Source: Candidatus Saccharimonadota bacterium (GTDB taxonomy: Bacteria; Patescibacteriota; Gracilibacteria; Absconditabacterales; Absconditicoccaceae). Taken from it: DNA of 32,000 nt. Below are positions 7,363 to 17,761 of the stretch, one piece after another. The notes beneath the pieces are model-generated. The model did no database searches. It was not told the origin of the DNA and saw only the letters and a program-made list of their open reading frames with translations. Made by a program: the position numbers and the translations under genes. The number at the start of each line of letters is the position of its first letter. Within the stretch, counting starts at the first letter, position 1. Location of the stretch: the NCBI GenBank assembly GCA_965231145.1, contig OZ246420.1, positions 1,020,001 through 1,052,000 on the forward strand, given 5' to 3'.

Positions 7363-7529
7363 ATGTCACATGCACTGTGGGTGTGACTATATCAATATGG
7401 TGTATAATTGCAAGCTAAATTCTTTATTATTTTCTTATAGATAAAAAAAGATAAAGGATGTTGGATTATCGATAGTGACTCATATGAGTTCGCCCTTAGC
7501 GATTATCCTTGATCCAATATCCAATCAGA

Positions 7530-8291
7530 TTAGTCAATGGCTCCGCCTGTTCTACTATCCAACTCATCTCTGATCTGGATAAGTCTCTCGAGGTAGCTAT
7601 CTTCAAAGAGATCTACATTTGCGATGATGATGTCTTCATTTGTTGTAAGAAGATTTTCAAGTTCTCTGAGGGCAAGCGTATAATTTCTCAGTCTTCATGT
7701 CACAGCCTGATACACATTGCTAGAGATCCTTGCCGTAGTTTCACACGTACCAAATCTCAGTGAATCACTATATCATTGCTGCATAAGATCAGCATCGGGC
7801 GCACCAAGTCACTGAAAAAACTGATTGTCCGCCGCTGCCTTATCTGAAGCACATTGTTGATACTCAGTTAAGGCGCTATCGTATTCACTCTGAAGCGATA
7901 CAAGCACCTGTTCTCCTTGCGCCACCGTCTTGCTTATACTTTTGGTATATGTGTCGAGCGCAAGCTTTTTATTGTTAGCATTTTGTAGATATGAGATAAC
8001 ATTGTTTGCGAGGATTGTATTAGCTTTTTTGAGGACATCTGCTGCCTGTGAAAAAGAAACATTTGCGGCAACGCTTTTATGCATAAGTTCAAGATGAAGC
8101 ATAGTCACACCCAGAACAGAATCATCAACAAGAGATTTTTTCTGGTAAATCGTAGGAGTAACTTGTTTCTGCGACGTCCAGACTCCGAGCCACGATGCTC
8201 ATGTTGCAGAGCGTACGGAAATAAAGAGCGCTGCACACGCTCCCAGAAGGACGATATAAAACAGTGGATGACTCACTACTCTACGGAACAT
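7530..8291 (-). CDS. Hypothetical N-terminally anchored or secreted protein (253 aa), last gene of the pilus-like operon
   Basis: MFRRVVSHPLFYIVLLGACAALFISVRSAT(G)ASWLGVW... joined to track ORF 7809..8108. It reads through three further TGA to TAA at 7530. The frame was checked codon by codon and has no TAA/TAG. Helix-prone, Ala/Leu/Gln-rich. No family recognised. Confidence 0.55.
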
Positions 8292-8293
8292 AA

Positions 8294-8376
8294 GAGTTTA
8301 TAAAGTTTATAAAGTTCTTAAAGTTTATAAAGTGAAAGAAGATTTATGAACTTTCTACTTTACAAACTTTTAACTG
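8294..8376. repeat. Family A repeat, copy 4 (between the pilC stop and the next gene start)
   Basis: gagtttataaagtttataaagttcttaaagtttataaagtgaaagaagatttatgaactttctactttacaaacttttaactg. Shares ataaagttcttaaagtt and aactttctacttta..aacttttaactg with copy 1. Confidence 0.8.
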
Positions 8377-8377
8377 A

Positions 8378-9481
8378 TTAGCCTGCCGCACCAATGGTGT
8401 TTACCATGTCAGCCATCGGCAAGAAGATAGAAGCAACTATCACACCGATCACGATTGCGACACCCGCGAGAAGAATAGGCTCAAGCAAGCTCATGAGCGT
8501 TTTGATTCTTGTATCCAGAAGATCGTTGTAAAATGATGCCATCTTTTCAAGTACGGTATCAATATTACCCGTACGTTCACCTACCAGTACGATCTGTACG
8601 AGGATCGGATCAAAGAGAGAAGAACCTTCCATAGAGTCTGAGAACCCAAAACCCGCTTCCAAGTCTCTTCTAATATCGAGAACCTTCTTTTTATAATGGT
8701 AATTTGCCATAATCGCAGAGATCTGTTCGAGCGCAACTGTCGGACTTACTCATGCTTTGTAGAAGTCACCAAGAAGCTTCGAAAACCTATATAGATAAAA
8801 TGTTTTTACTGTTTCCCCCACTACGGGTGTTTTCAGCATCACATCATCGATGAATATCTTGAAGAGAAGGATGTGCTTATACGAAAACTTGTACACAATG
8901 ATAGTACCTACGATAACAAGTCCAATAATCCATCGCCATATTTTGAGAAAGTCTGACATACCGATCACAAATTTTGTGATAGATGGAAGAAGATTTGGAT
9001 CCGGGAAAAGTGTCACGATTGTTGGGATAACCTTAATAAGAAGAACCGCCACAGCAAGGATCGCAAAAACCAAAAGCACGACAGGATACGTCATCGCACT
9101 TTTTACTTTGTTCTTTGTTCTCTGGAAATTTTCAAGCTCCTCTGCAATATTCAAAAGAATATCCGGCATATTACCAATAGATTCTGACGCCCTTACCAGC
9201 TCTATTTCATCATTTCCAAAGAAGTTTTTATATCTTTCCATCGCCTTCGCAAGGCTCACACCTTCATTAATCTGATCTTCAATTCCCTGGATGATCACTT
9301 TCATTGCATAGTTTCTTTCTCCATAGATGAGTGAATTGAGAGCTTCTTTCAGACCAAGTCCCGCCTTCTGAGATACCGACAGCAATCTGAAAAACACCGT
9401 CTTATTTTTGACAGTTGCGCGGTTGAAGATACTCATCACCCGCTCGACGACGTTGATCTGAGATGATTTAGTTGCAGCCAT
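8378..9481 (-). CDS. pilC: Type IV pilus / type II secretion platform protein (PilC/GspF family)
   Basis: Track ORFs 8750..9481 and 8378..8710 join in frame through one TGA (..DFYKA(G)VSPTVALEQISAIMANYHY..). The protein shows two GspF-type repeats (LLSVSQKAGLGLKEAL... and ...LVGERTGNIDTVLEKMASFY) and three hydrophobic spans. Confidence 0.85.
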
Positions 9482-9507
9482 TGCAATAGCATAGAAGAGT
9501 AAAGAAT

Positions 9508-10818
9508 TTATTTATGTTTCACCAATCTGTATAATTCGTCCAATGTGATATTTCACTTTATCACTTTATAGATACCATCTCTTTCAAGATTTGACATACC
9601 TCTATCGAGCGCGTACTTTTCAATCTCGAAGGCTGTTTTACCCTGAAGAAGAAGGTCTTTAATCGAATCATTATACTCCATCACTTCAAAGATACCCATA
9701 CGTCACTTATATCACGATCCTGAACATACAGGACACACCTCTCACGTCTTAGGATCTTTTCCAGATCCAAGGAGCACCTTTCCTCACACGAATCTCTGCC
9801 ACATTACATCATCGATTCCTCTTTTCTTCATCTCCGTCACTAGCGTTTCCTTTGGTATACGTCCAAGCTCTTCTCTTGCCCACAGATATTGTTTGTCTTC
9901 TTTCATATCTACTTCCTGCTTACAGTTTGTACATACTTTTCTCGAAAGACGCTGAGCCATAACGAAGTTAAATGTACCTGCAAGCATGTATGGTTTTGCA
10001 CCTAGATTGAGTACACGCGTAATAGTTTCTGCTGCTGAGTTGGTATGGATCGTAGAGAAGACAAGATGTCATGTCATCGCTGCTTCCATCGCCATATCAA
10101 TGGTTTCCTTATCACGAATTTCTCACACCATGATAATATCCGGATCCTGACGTAACGCAGCACGAAGTCCTTGCGCAAACGTATAGCCAATATCAGATCT
10201 AATTTGAGACTGAGAAAGACCATCCATCTTGTTTTCCACCGGATCTTCATAGGTAATGATATTCACATCTACCTTATTGATATAGTCCAGCGCGGCATAC
10301 AACGTTGCGGTTTTACCCGAACCTGTCGGTCCGGTATTGAGGATAATTCCATTTGGGAATTCGAGCTGACGCAAAATGAGTTCTTCATTTGTTCCTTCGA
10401 TACCAAGTTCATTGAGTTTTTGCGTCTTCTTTGACTTATCCACAATACGCATCACAAGTTTCTCTCACCAGACCGTAGGCAGTGTTGATGCACGTAAGTC
10501 TATTTCCTTGTTGGTGAGTGTTATCGTAGATACACGCGCATCCTGGGGAACACGCTTTTCGTCCGGACGCATCTGTCCCGATTCAATTTTAAATTTAGCG
10601 ATAATACTTTCGTGAATATTTTTTGGATATTGAATAAGTTCAAATAATAGCCCATCAACTCTGAGTCTAATTCTTCCAAAATTTTCAAATGGCTCAATAT
10701 GGATATCGGATGCACCCTCTTCTACAGCGATCGTCAAAAGATTGTCGAACAACTTGATCGTGTCCGCCTGTATGATCGAATCCTGAAGACTTTTTCTAAA
10801 TTGAGATGTATCTGTCAT
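9508..10818 (-). CDS. pilB: Type IV pilus / T2SS / competence assembly ATPase (PilB/GspE/ComGA family), 436 aa
   Basis: Four track ORFs plus a C-terminal piece join through eight TGA. Motifs are Walker A GPTGSGKT, DPDIIMV(G)EIRD, MT(G)HLVFSTIHTN, and the tetracysteine CTNCK...CPVCSGS(G)YK(G)RMGIFE. The frame was checked codon by codon to TAA at 9508. Confidence 0.9.
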
Positions 10819-10881
10819 TGGTATCGAATTAATAAAGAATGATTGGTTTGTATTCTCTATAGTGTTTTTAGTTATGTAAGA

Positions 10882-12291
10882 TTATTGTTTCGCACTACAC
10901 AATCCTGCATCGTCGAGCATTCTATATAGTTCAAAGAGCTTCACCACCTGCTGATATTTTGGAAGCGATGGGTATTCTCTCTGGACATTTGCAAACAACA
11001 CAGAGAGTTCTGTAAGATCTCTACTCTTTTCGTTGCTGAGTCTTGCGATACTTCCAAACTGTTTTGTATTCTCCTGAAGATATTGGATAGCACTCTGTGG
11101 TGTCATTGGATTTTTATTAACAAAACACTGCTTACCAATAGCGGCCGAGATCTCTTCAAGTTCTGTTTGTGAGATAGCCCTTCCAAATACATCGATCTGG
11201 ATGTTTCCGATGTACTGGTCAGCAGTTCCAAGAGATCCAGCCTTTTTCTGGAATGAGAACTGCTTCACATTTATCACCGGAGGAAGATACTGTAGAAATG
11301 CTTTGAGCTGACCAACAGTATTATTTCCTGGGAAGCCAAGCGTATACGCAAGAAGTGGGATAGATCTAAATTTCTCTCTGAACTTAAAGTAACAGAAGTC
11401 CTGATTTGTATCTGTACATCCAACTGTTTGCATCACCGCCTTATCAATAATAGCTTCTGTTACGAACGTACTTCCGCCTGTACCATAGAGCCACTCATAG
11501 ATACCTTCACCAATGTATTGCTCTACGTTAGCATTTCCAGAAAGTTCTGATTCGCGATCCTGCTTGATCTGCTCCCGGATGTTGTACATAAGCTCATTGA
11601 TGAGTGAAATATTTCCTCTGTTTGATGTAATAGAGAGCTTATCAACAAGCATAAGAAATGAACGCTTATTTGTTGATGAGAACGACACACTAATAGGAAG
11701 CGTAAACGATCCGTTTTCATTTTCTTTTAGCTTACCAATATTGATATCATTGATCTCATTATACTGTGTATTTTTTCCAATATCTCTGAAGAAGTCTGTC
11801 CAGTGAGAGATAAGGTTGTTATCCATGTATGGATTCTTCTGGAGATATGACTGCCCCACGATAGTAGTGTCTATCAGATCAGAATATCTGTCCTTCCAGA
11901 TGTTCATCGATGGAAAAAGGATATACTGAAGAAAATACTGATAAGGAGTCTGGAGTTTCCCAAAATACTCTACTGATGTGTCTTTTTCTGTAAGAGTATC
12001 CTGTTGCATCATGATGATATCTTTGATATCAGCAGCATTTTGCACAGCATCTTTTGTCAGCGGACTCGCCTTCAGTGTCTGGATGTTGTAACGAGAAAGC
12101 TCTGTAAGCGTATTGCTCTTCTTATTGAGAAGGACAAAGTCTCTTACACACAAAGCGATCAGCACAATAGCAAGCACTCACAAAAGCCCAGCTATACCCT
12201 TAACGATCTTAAGGGCCTTTCTTTTGTCTATCACAAAAGATCGTTTCTTGTGCCCTGCAGATTTATTTTCCATAGTGTCCATTGGTGACAT
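10882..12291 (-). CDS. Hypothetical bitopic membrane protein (469 aa) in the pilus-like operon
   Basis: MSPMDTMENKSAGHKKRSFVIDKRKALKIVKGIAGLL(G)VLAIVLIALCV... joined to track ORF 10882..12177. Layout is a short basic cytoplasmic N-terminus, one TM span, then about 420 aa outside. No family recognised. The stop lies 63 nt upstream of the pilB start. Confidence 0.65.
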
Positions 12292-12321
12292 GATAATAGA
12301 GGTAATAGAGTATAAAGAATG

Positions 12322-13671
12322 TTATTGTTTCTGATCGTAATCGTAGATTTCTCTTTGCGCTCCCTTCTGTAGCGGAAGGATAAAGTCGAACATTGAGTTA
12401 TTGACAACATACTCCTGACTACCTACTCTTAGTTTTTTCTTGTTTACTCTCAGCGTATTGAGGTTAATTGGAGCCGCTACGACGAACTTACTTTCTCTCA
12501 GGAGATTGATGATCTTCGTTGCAAGATAGATATGTGGATTGAGTATTCCTTTGTTCAAAAGCTGTACTTCATCTTCCTGGAAGGTATTGAGCTCGATACT
12601 AAATGAGATGTTATTCTGAAGAGGATCGAAGCTCTTGATGTTAATCTCCAAGCTTGGGAAATCTGTATTTTCAAGTTTTGCATCAAGGTAGCTCATGAGT
12701 ATAGGGAACGCTCTCTTATCGATGACAGCCTTATCATCTACATACGTATAGTAGTTGATGAAGTCATTTCACTGTGGCATATTACAACTGTCTGCATTCA
12801 CATATGGATTGAAGTAACATGTTGTCAGATAGTTCTGTATGTCTTTTTCTCCTCTCTCTTTATACTCTTGCAAGATAGCAGCTATCTGTGAAGGACTCAT
12901 AGAGATGAAGTTACTAAACTGCTGTATAAATGTATCGAGATTACTAAAGAAGGTCAGCGCTGTAGAAAATCTAATAGCTTCTACTGCGAGGAGCGAACTC
13001 TGCAGCGAGTTATCTACAAATGTTGACTGAGCAAAAAGCTGCACGTTCTTCGGGAAAAATCCATAACTACCAATATCCTGCTTCACTTCATCGAGCTTCG
13101 TGTATTGTACAAGTGTATTTTTCGCAAGCTGAGCCACAGCCTTGGTCAATACTTCTTTCTTCGTAATATAGTTCATAGATCTATCTGTAATGATCGTGTT
13201 GAGCGTTTGTTGCGCTCTTGGCGTTGTGAGACTATCTGCACCGTACGAGTCAGCATCTTGTCCTACGAGAGAAGCAAGACTAAGATATCCCTTATGGATC
13301 ATAGGCATATAGTATGAAAAGATGGTTGGGATGCTTTTTCACTCTACATAACCCAAATATTGCTTGAAAATATATCCAAGAAGGGAAAGCACGAGGAAAA
13401 TGACAGCGATAACACCTGCTCTTGTCATGTTTCTAAAAAAGTTTTTTTCAAAAGCAGCATCTCTCATGACCTTTTCTTTTGCGGCCGCACCCTCATCTAC
13501 CGTGAAGTCGATCTTCTTGCGCTCTTCCGTTGATTTAGGTTTACTGAAAGATGCGCCAAGACCTGACAAGTCCACCGCTGCAGGAGCATTTGCACTACTC
13601 GCCGCCGGCTGTGAAGTAAGATCAGATCCAGGAAGGGTACTTGGATTTGTGTTTTGGAGATTATCAACCAT
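12322..13671 (-). CDS. Hypothetical bitopic membrane protein (449 aa), first gene of the pilus-like operon
   Basis: Track ORFs 13339..13704, 12769..13308 and 12322..12696 share one frame and are separated only by TGA (..GYVE(G)KSIPTIF.. and ..CNMPQ(G)NDFINYY..). Start taken at ATG 13671 (MVDNLQNTNPS...) because the longer track start is TTG. Layout is a disordered Ala/Ser/Pro N-terminus, TM AGVIAVIFLVLSLLGYIF, then a large external domain. Confidence 0.6.
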
Positions 13672-13806
13672 CTGATTGCATTCAGAAATATAAATAATAC
13701 ACAAATAATGATAATGAGCCGTAGATATTTATCCAAATTTTACCTCCCCCACCCTCTACGCACGTCTCTTTCTACTAGACAGTTTTCATAAAATATTTTT
13801 AATACT

Positions 13807-13826
13807 AAAAAACGCCGTTTCCGGCG
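13807..13826 (-). terminator. Rho-independent terminator after recX
   Basis: On the reverse strand cgccg-gaaa-cggcg is followed by tttttt, about 30 nt after the recX stop. Confidence 0.55.
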
Positions 13827-13855
13827 AGAGCAATAATTTCTCATATGAAACTAGT

Positions 13856-14287
13856 TTATCCTTTGAGTGCTCTTTTAATATCTCCCACTCTGTAGCCTTT
13901 TTGAGAGATTTTTGTAACGATATCGAAACCGTCAAGTCCCTTCTTTTTGAGTTTTTCGACTTCTTTTTTAATGCGCTCGATAATTCCTTCGTCTATTTCG
14001 TTCTCCAATTGGCGATAAATCTTCTCAACGATCTGCTTATCTACGCCTTTTTGCAGAAGTTTTTGTTTCACGAGATAGGGTGGTTTTCCCTTTTTTACTG
14101 ACTCTGACTGAAAGTACAGACGTGCAAATTGCGTGTCATCTACCCATGACATCTTCTTCAACCACGCAATAGTTTTATCAATATCCTCTTCATCATAACG
14201 CTTCGTCAAAAGCTTAACTCTGAGCTCCTGCTCGGTCTTTGGATAGGTATGGATATATTTGAGTGCATAATCTTGGCAACTTGGCAT
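13856..14287 (-). CDS. recX: RecX-like regulatory protein
   Basis: MPSCQDYALKYIHTYPKTEQELRVKLLTKRYDEEDIDKTIAWLKKMSWVDDTQFARLYFQSE...YLVKQKLLQKGVDKQIVEKI shows the repeated three-helix RecX pattern. Start placed at the internal ATG 14287, because the longer track ORF would run through repeat B1. Confidence 0.5.
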   Translation of the reverse strand: MPSCQDYALKYIHTYPKTEQELRVKLLTKRYDEEDIDKTIAWLKKMSWVDDTQFARLYFQSESVKKGKPPYLVKQKLLQKGVDKQIVEKIYRQLENEIDEGIIERIKKEVEKLKKKGLDGFDIVTKISQKGYRVGDIKRALKG

Positions 14288-14294
14288 CAATATT

Positions 14295-14356
14295 ATCTTA
14301 AAACATAAAGCTAAAATCTTAAAACTGCTTTTGGGTTTTAGATTTAAGTTTTCAGT
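14295..14356. repeat. Family B palindromic repeat, copy 1 (TAAAATCTTAAAAC ... GTTTTAGATTTAAGTTT)
   Basis: atcttaaaacataaagctaaaatcttaaaactgcttttgggttttagatttaagttttcag, in the divergent region between recX and the methyltransferase gene. Confidence 0.7.
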
Positions 14357-14444
14357 TAATAAGTTTATAACTATTTTCTCCCTTTTTTCCACGAGGAAAA
14401 CACAATTGTTGTTTTCTCTAACGGTTTTTCTATACTTATGAGGT

Positions 14445-15902
14445 ATGATACACGATAATTTTAAAGAACTCATAGAAAAACTGCTACCTGACGTGAAAGA
14501 GCGTGAGGATTTTTTTGCATGCTATCATGAGCTCTTACCCAGAAGTATTAAGATCATCGAGCACAAAATTACTTCTGATGCCTTTACAGAACATGCACAT
14601 GGACTCGGACGAAAACTGACTCCTCCTCCCTTTGTCGGTAACAATGATAGCTGGTATATTGAAAGAGGTGAAAACGATATTGCGCTTGGGAAGCACTTTT
14701 TGCATACTGCAGGATTTTTCTATATTCAGGAAGTAGCGGCTTCGCTTGCAGTACATGCTTTGAACATTGCACCTTGAGATATCGTCCTCGATATGTGCGC
14801 CGCCCCAGGCGGCAAGTCGACGCAGATCGCAGATAAACTATTAGTACTAGACCCTAGCAATCCTGGCTGCGTCGTCAGCAATGAAGTAAGTGGTTCAAGA
14901 ATTATCGCGCTGCAAAGCAATTTAAATAGAACATGAGTATATAATACGGCTGTCACGAAATTGGACGGTGCTCAATTTGGAAATATGGTTCCAGAGTTTT
15001 TTGACAAAATATTGGTAGATGCTCCATGTTCAGGAGAGGGAACTGGATTTAAGTCAGACGCTTCGACAAAGCGATGGCGCGAAGAAAACGTGCAACAGAT
15101 AGCAAGATTGCAATACTCTCTTTTAGTGTCGGCCATAAAAGCATGTAAGACATGAGGTGAGATCGTCTATGCAACGTGTACGTTAAATCCTTGGGAAAAT
15201 GAATGAGTCATTGCGAAAGTGCTAACGGAATATGCCGACATCATTGAGCTCGAAAATGTAGACATTGCAAATAAGTCTCCAGGAAGCAATTCTGCTTTAC
15301 TGGATTATTCGCTGAGTGACGAACAACTCCATAAGCTAGCCCGCTTCTGGCCGCATCGCCAACATACCGGAGGATTTTTTATTACCAAGCTTATTAAAAA
15401 TAAATCCACAGATCACAAATCACAGGTCACAATGAAAAAAAGTAAAACACAAAACAGATCCCAGTACGACATATCAAATAAACTACAAATAGAGATAGCA
15501 AAACAATTAGCAAACGACTATGGCATAGTAGTTGATCCGGCGAAGCATTTTTTTATAGGCACAAACAAACAAGTATATCTCACCACACCAGCCTACAAAA
15601 AACTACACGATCTGCTCTACGTAGAAAAAACATGAATCCCTATTTTCAAATGGCACAGCGATACTGAGCTTCATCCACTGCATGGACTGGGAAATTGCCT
15701 TGGTCATCTCGCAATAAAAAATAGTGTGTCGCTTTCGGATAATGAGTGTCAAAAGTACAGTGACGGCGCTGATCTAGCAGATAGCAATTGGCAATTAGCA
15801 GTTAGCACCAAGCATAAATATGTCATACTCCAGCGACAAGGAAAATGATTTTCTGTAGGAAAAGTGGTAAATGAGACGATAAAAAATAAGTTTGCTAAAT
15901 AA
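14445..15902 (+). CDS. RNA cytosine-C5 methyltransferase, RsmB/RsmF (NOL1/NOP2/Sun) family, 485 aa
   Basis: Track ORFs at 14445, 14961 and 15219 share a frame and join through six TGA. Motifs are GFFYIQEVAASL, LDMCAAPGGKST, DAPCSGEGT and ATCTLNPWENE. The C-terminal third carries two in-frame 7-nt word arrays (15407..15434, 15774..15808). Confidence 0.8.
15407..15434. repeat. Intragenic tandem 7-mer array (CACAGAT CACAAAT CACAGGT CACAATG)
   Basis: Four tandem degenerate heptamers in frame inside the methyltransferase gene. They encode STDHKSQVTM in a low-complexity linker. Confidence 0.55.
15774..15808. repeat. Intragenic tandem 7-mer array (TAGCAGA TAGCAAT TGGCAAT TAGCAGT TAGCACC)
   Basis: Five tandem heptamers of the same T(A/G)GCANN word family that forms the intergenic element at 21086..21164. 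They are in frame and encode LADSNWQLAVST. Confidence 0.55.
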
Positions 15903-16647
15903 GCCTTCAATCAAAACTAGCCATAAAATACTTTTTAAATTTTCTTCCTTCTTCTGTAAACTTATATGTTGCTTCCTCTAGGATGCCCTTTTTTAATAGT
16001 TCTATAATTCAATAATCCAACAATAAACTTAGCACATTAGTATTATGTACATACTCCTGCCTGTCTATAGCTCTAAATATCATTAATACTTCTCCCGATT
16101 TTTCTTCTCTTTTAATGCGATCCATTAAGGAACTATAATTATAATTATTAACACCTTCCTCTTCCTTTAGTCTTTGCTTTAATATTTCATCTCTTTCCTG
16201 TTCTGCACTTATTCTAAGCTTACGCTCATCATTATGTTTTGTTCTCAATATTTCAGATTGTTCTGCTAAGGTTTCATAGTCTCTCTTTAATACAACAGAT
16301 CATATATCCGTAATTTTATAGACAGCTGGCGTTATAGTTTTCTCAAAAAAGTTAGAAATAAGCCTTGCCACATTTATAAGTATATATGCTATCGTCATAG
16401 CTATAAATGCCTGCCAAGAGGCATGGAAAATTGACCAAAAAAAATCATTTTGTAGATAAGCGGTTATATATTCGACTCTCGCATTATAATCCTGCTTTCA
16501 TGCAAATTCAAAATTAAATATTGTGTAGATGAATTGCCAATTATGAACAAGCCATATTGCTATAAGCGTACCAAAAAAAGGATTTGTAGTCTTTTGCAAA
16601 ACATTATCTTTTATACCATCCCAAATTTTATCTAACATATCAACCAT
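15895..16647 (-). CDS. Hypothetical membrane plus coiled-coil protein (250 aa)
   Basis: MVDMLDKIWDGIKDNVLQKTTNPFFGTLIAIWLVHNWQFIYTIFNFEFA(G)KQDYN...ITDI(G)SVVLKRDYETLAEQSEILRTKHNDERKLRISAEQERDEILKQRLKEEE...LLDY(G)IIELLKKGILEEATYKFTEEGRKF...D(G)RLI then TAG. Its 3' end overlaps the convergent methyltransferase gene by 8 nt. No family recognised. Confidence 0.5.
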
Positions 16648-16663
16648 GAGTTATAAATAAGAA

Positions 16664-17686
16664 TTAGTGAGATTTTTTCTCTGCTCTGACAGAACTCCAC
16701 AGCGAAAACCCAATAAGCACGGCTCCGATAAGTCCAGTGATGACTTCAGGAATATGATAGATAGTACCGATGAACATCATAAGCGCTAAAGCAATAATAG
16801 CATAGAACGCGCCATGTTCAAGATAGCGATACTGCGCAATCGTTCATTTCTCATAGAGATAAATGGTAATGCTACGCACGAAGTACGCTCCAATACCAAG
16901 ACCAAGAGCGATAACAAAGATGTTTTGCGAGAGGGCAAATGCACCTATCACTCCATCGAGAGAAAATGATGCATCGAGAAGCTCGAGATAGAGAAACGAC
17001 ATGAGACCGTTTTTCGCAACAGCCATAGTGGTGTTTTCTCATGAAGCGCCGACCAACGAGCTCAGTCCATTGACGATGATGTATGTAATGACTCATCGCA
17101 CTCCACTGATGAAGAATTGGTGCGATGCAGCCTCAGGAAGAAGATAACTAAAGAGTTCTAGAAAAATCAACACACACGCTCACTCCACCGCCTCCATCTT
17201 TCCAAGCTTTGTGAGTCATCTTTCTATGCGACGAAACCAGTGATGTTCTTTTTCTTTATTGAGAAAAAATGCGAGCCCAACCATCATGAGGAATGCTCCA
17301 CCAAATCATGCGATTGCAATATGCGATGATGTAAGGATCTCCCCATAACGAGCATGATCATTGACAACTAAAGAGATAGCTTCCCAAGGAGAAATATTTC
17401 CAAAGATTGCGACGATCAATACAGGAAATACTATTCTCATACCCACGACTGCGATGAGTATTCCCCATGTCAGAAATCTTTTTCTCCAGAGAGGACTCAT
17501 TGTCTTCAGCGTAGAGACATTTACCACAGCATTGTCAAACGACAACGAGATCTCAAGTATTCATAGAACAAATACAATGAAGAGCGTTGACCATCATACT
17601 ACCCATCCATCCTGTACAAATCCTAGAAAAAATGCAGCAACTAAACATATCACCGAAAAAATAATACTACCACGAAAGTATTTCAT
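16664..17686 (-). CDS. DUF475 / TerC-related integral membrane protein (340 aa)
   Basis: MKYFRGSIIFSVICLVAAFFLGF...EISLSFDNAVVNVSTLK...YLELLDASFSLDGVIGAFALSQNIFVIALGLGIGAYFVRSITIYL. Eight TGA are read through. The SFDNA and LDASFS.DGV.GAFA motifs are characteristic of this family. Confidence 0.6.
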
Positions 17687-17693
17687 ACTTCTA

Positions 17694-17760
17694 TCTTAAA
17701 ATTAAAATCTTAAAACTTAAATCATGTAGATTTTAGTTTTTTGTTTTTAGATTTAAGTTT
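17694..17760. repeat. Family B palindromic repeat, copy 2
   Basis: tcttaaaattaaaatcttaaaacttaaatcatgtagattttagttttttgtttttagatttaagttt. Lies between the DUF475 gene start and the pilin-like gene stop. Confidence 0.7.
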
Positions 17761-17761
17761 A

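Noticed and set aside
8850-9275. Track ORF of 141 aa on the + strand
   Set aside because: Antisense to pilC, whose reverse-strand product has clear GspF-family repeats.
13497-13736. Alternative-frame reverse ORF (79 aa, TTG start) preceded by GGGGGAGGT, the only strong SD-like sequence in the window
   Set aside because: It overlaps the N-terminus of the 449-aa bitopic protein in another frame, and its peptide looks non-native. The 16S here lacks the anti-SD, so the G-rich tract (plus-strand cctcccccaccctc, about 13749..13762) is unlikely to act as an SD. The tract is noted only as a composition oddity.
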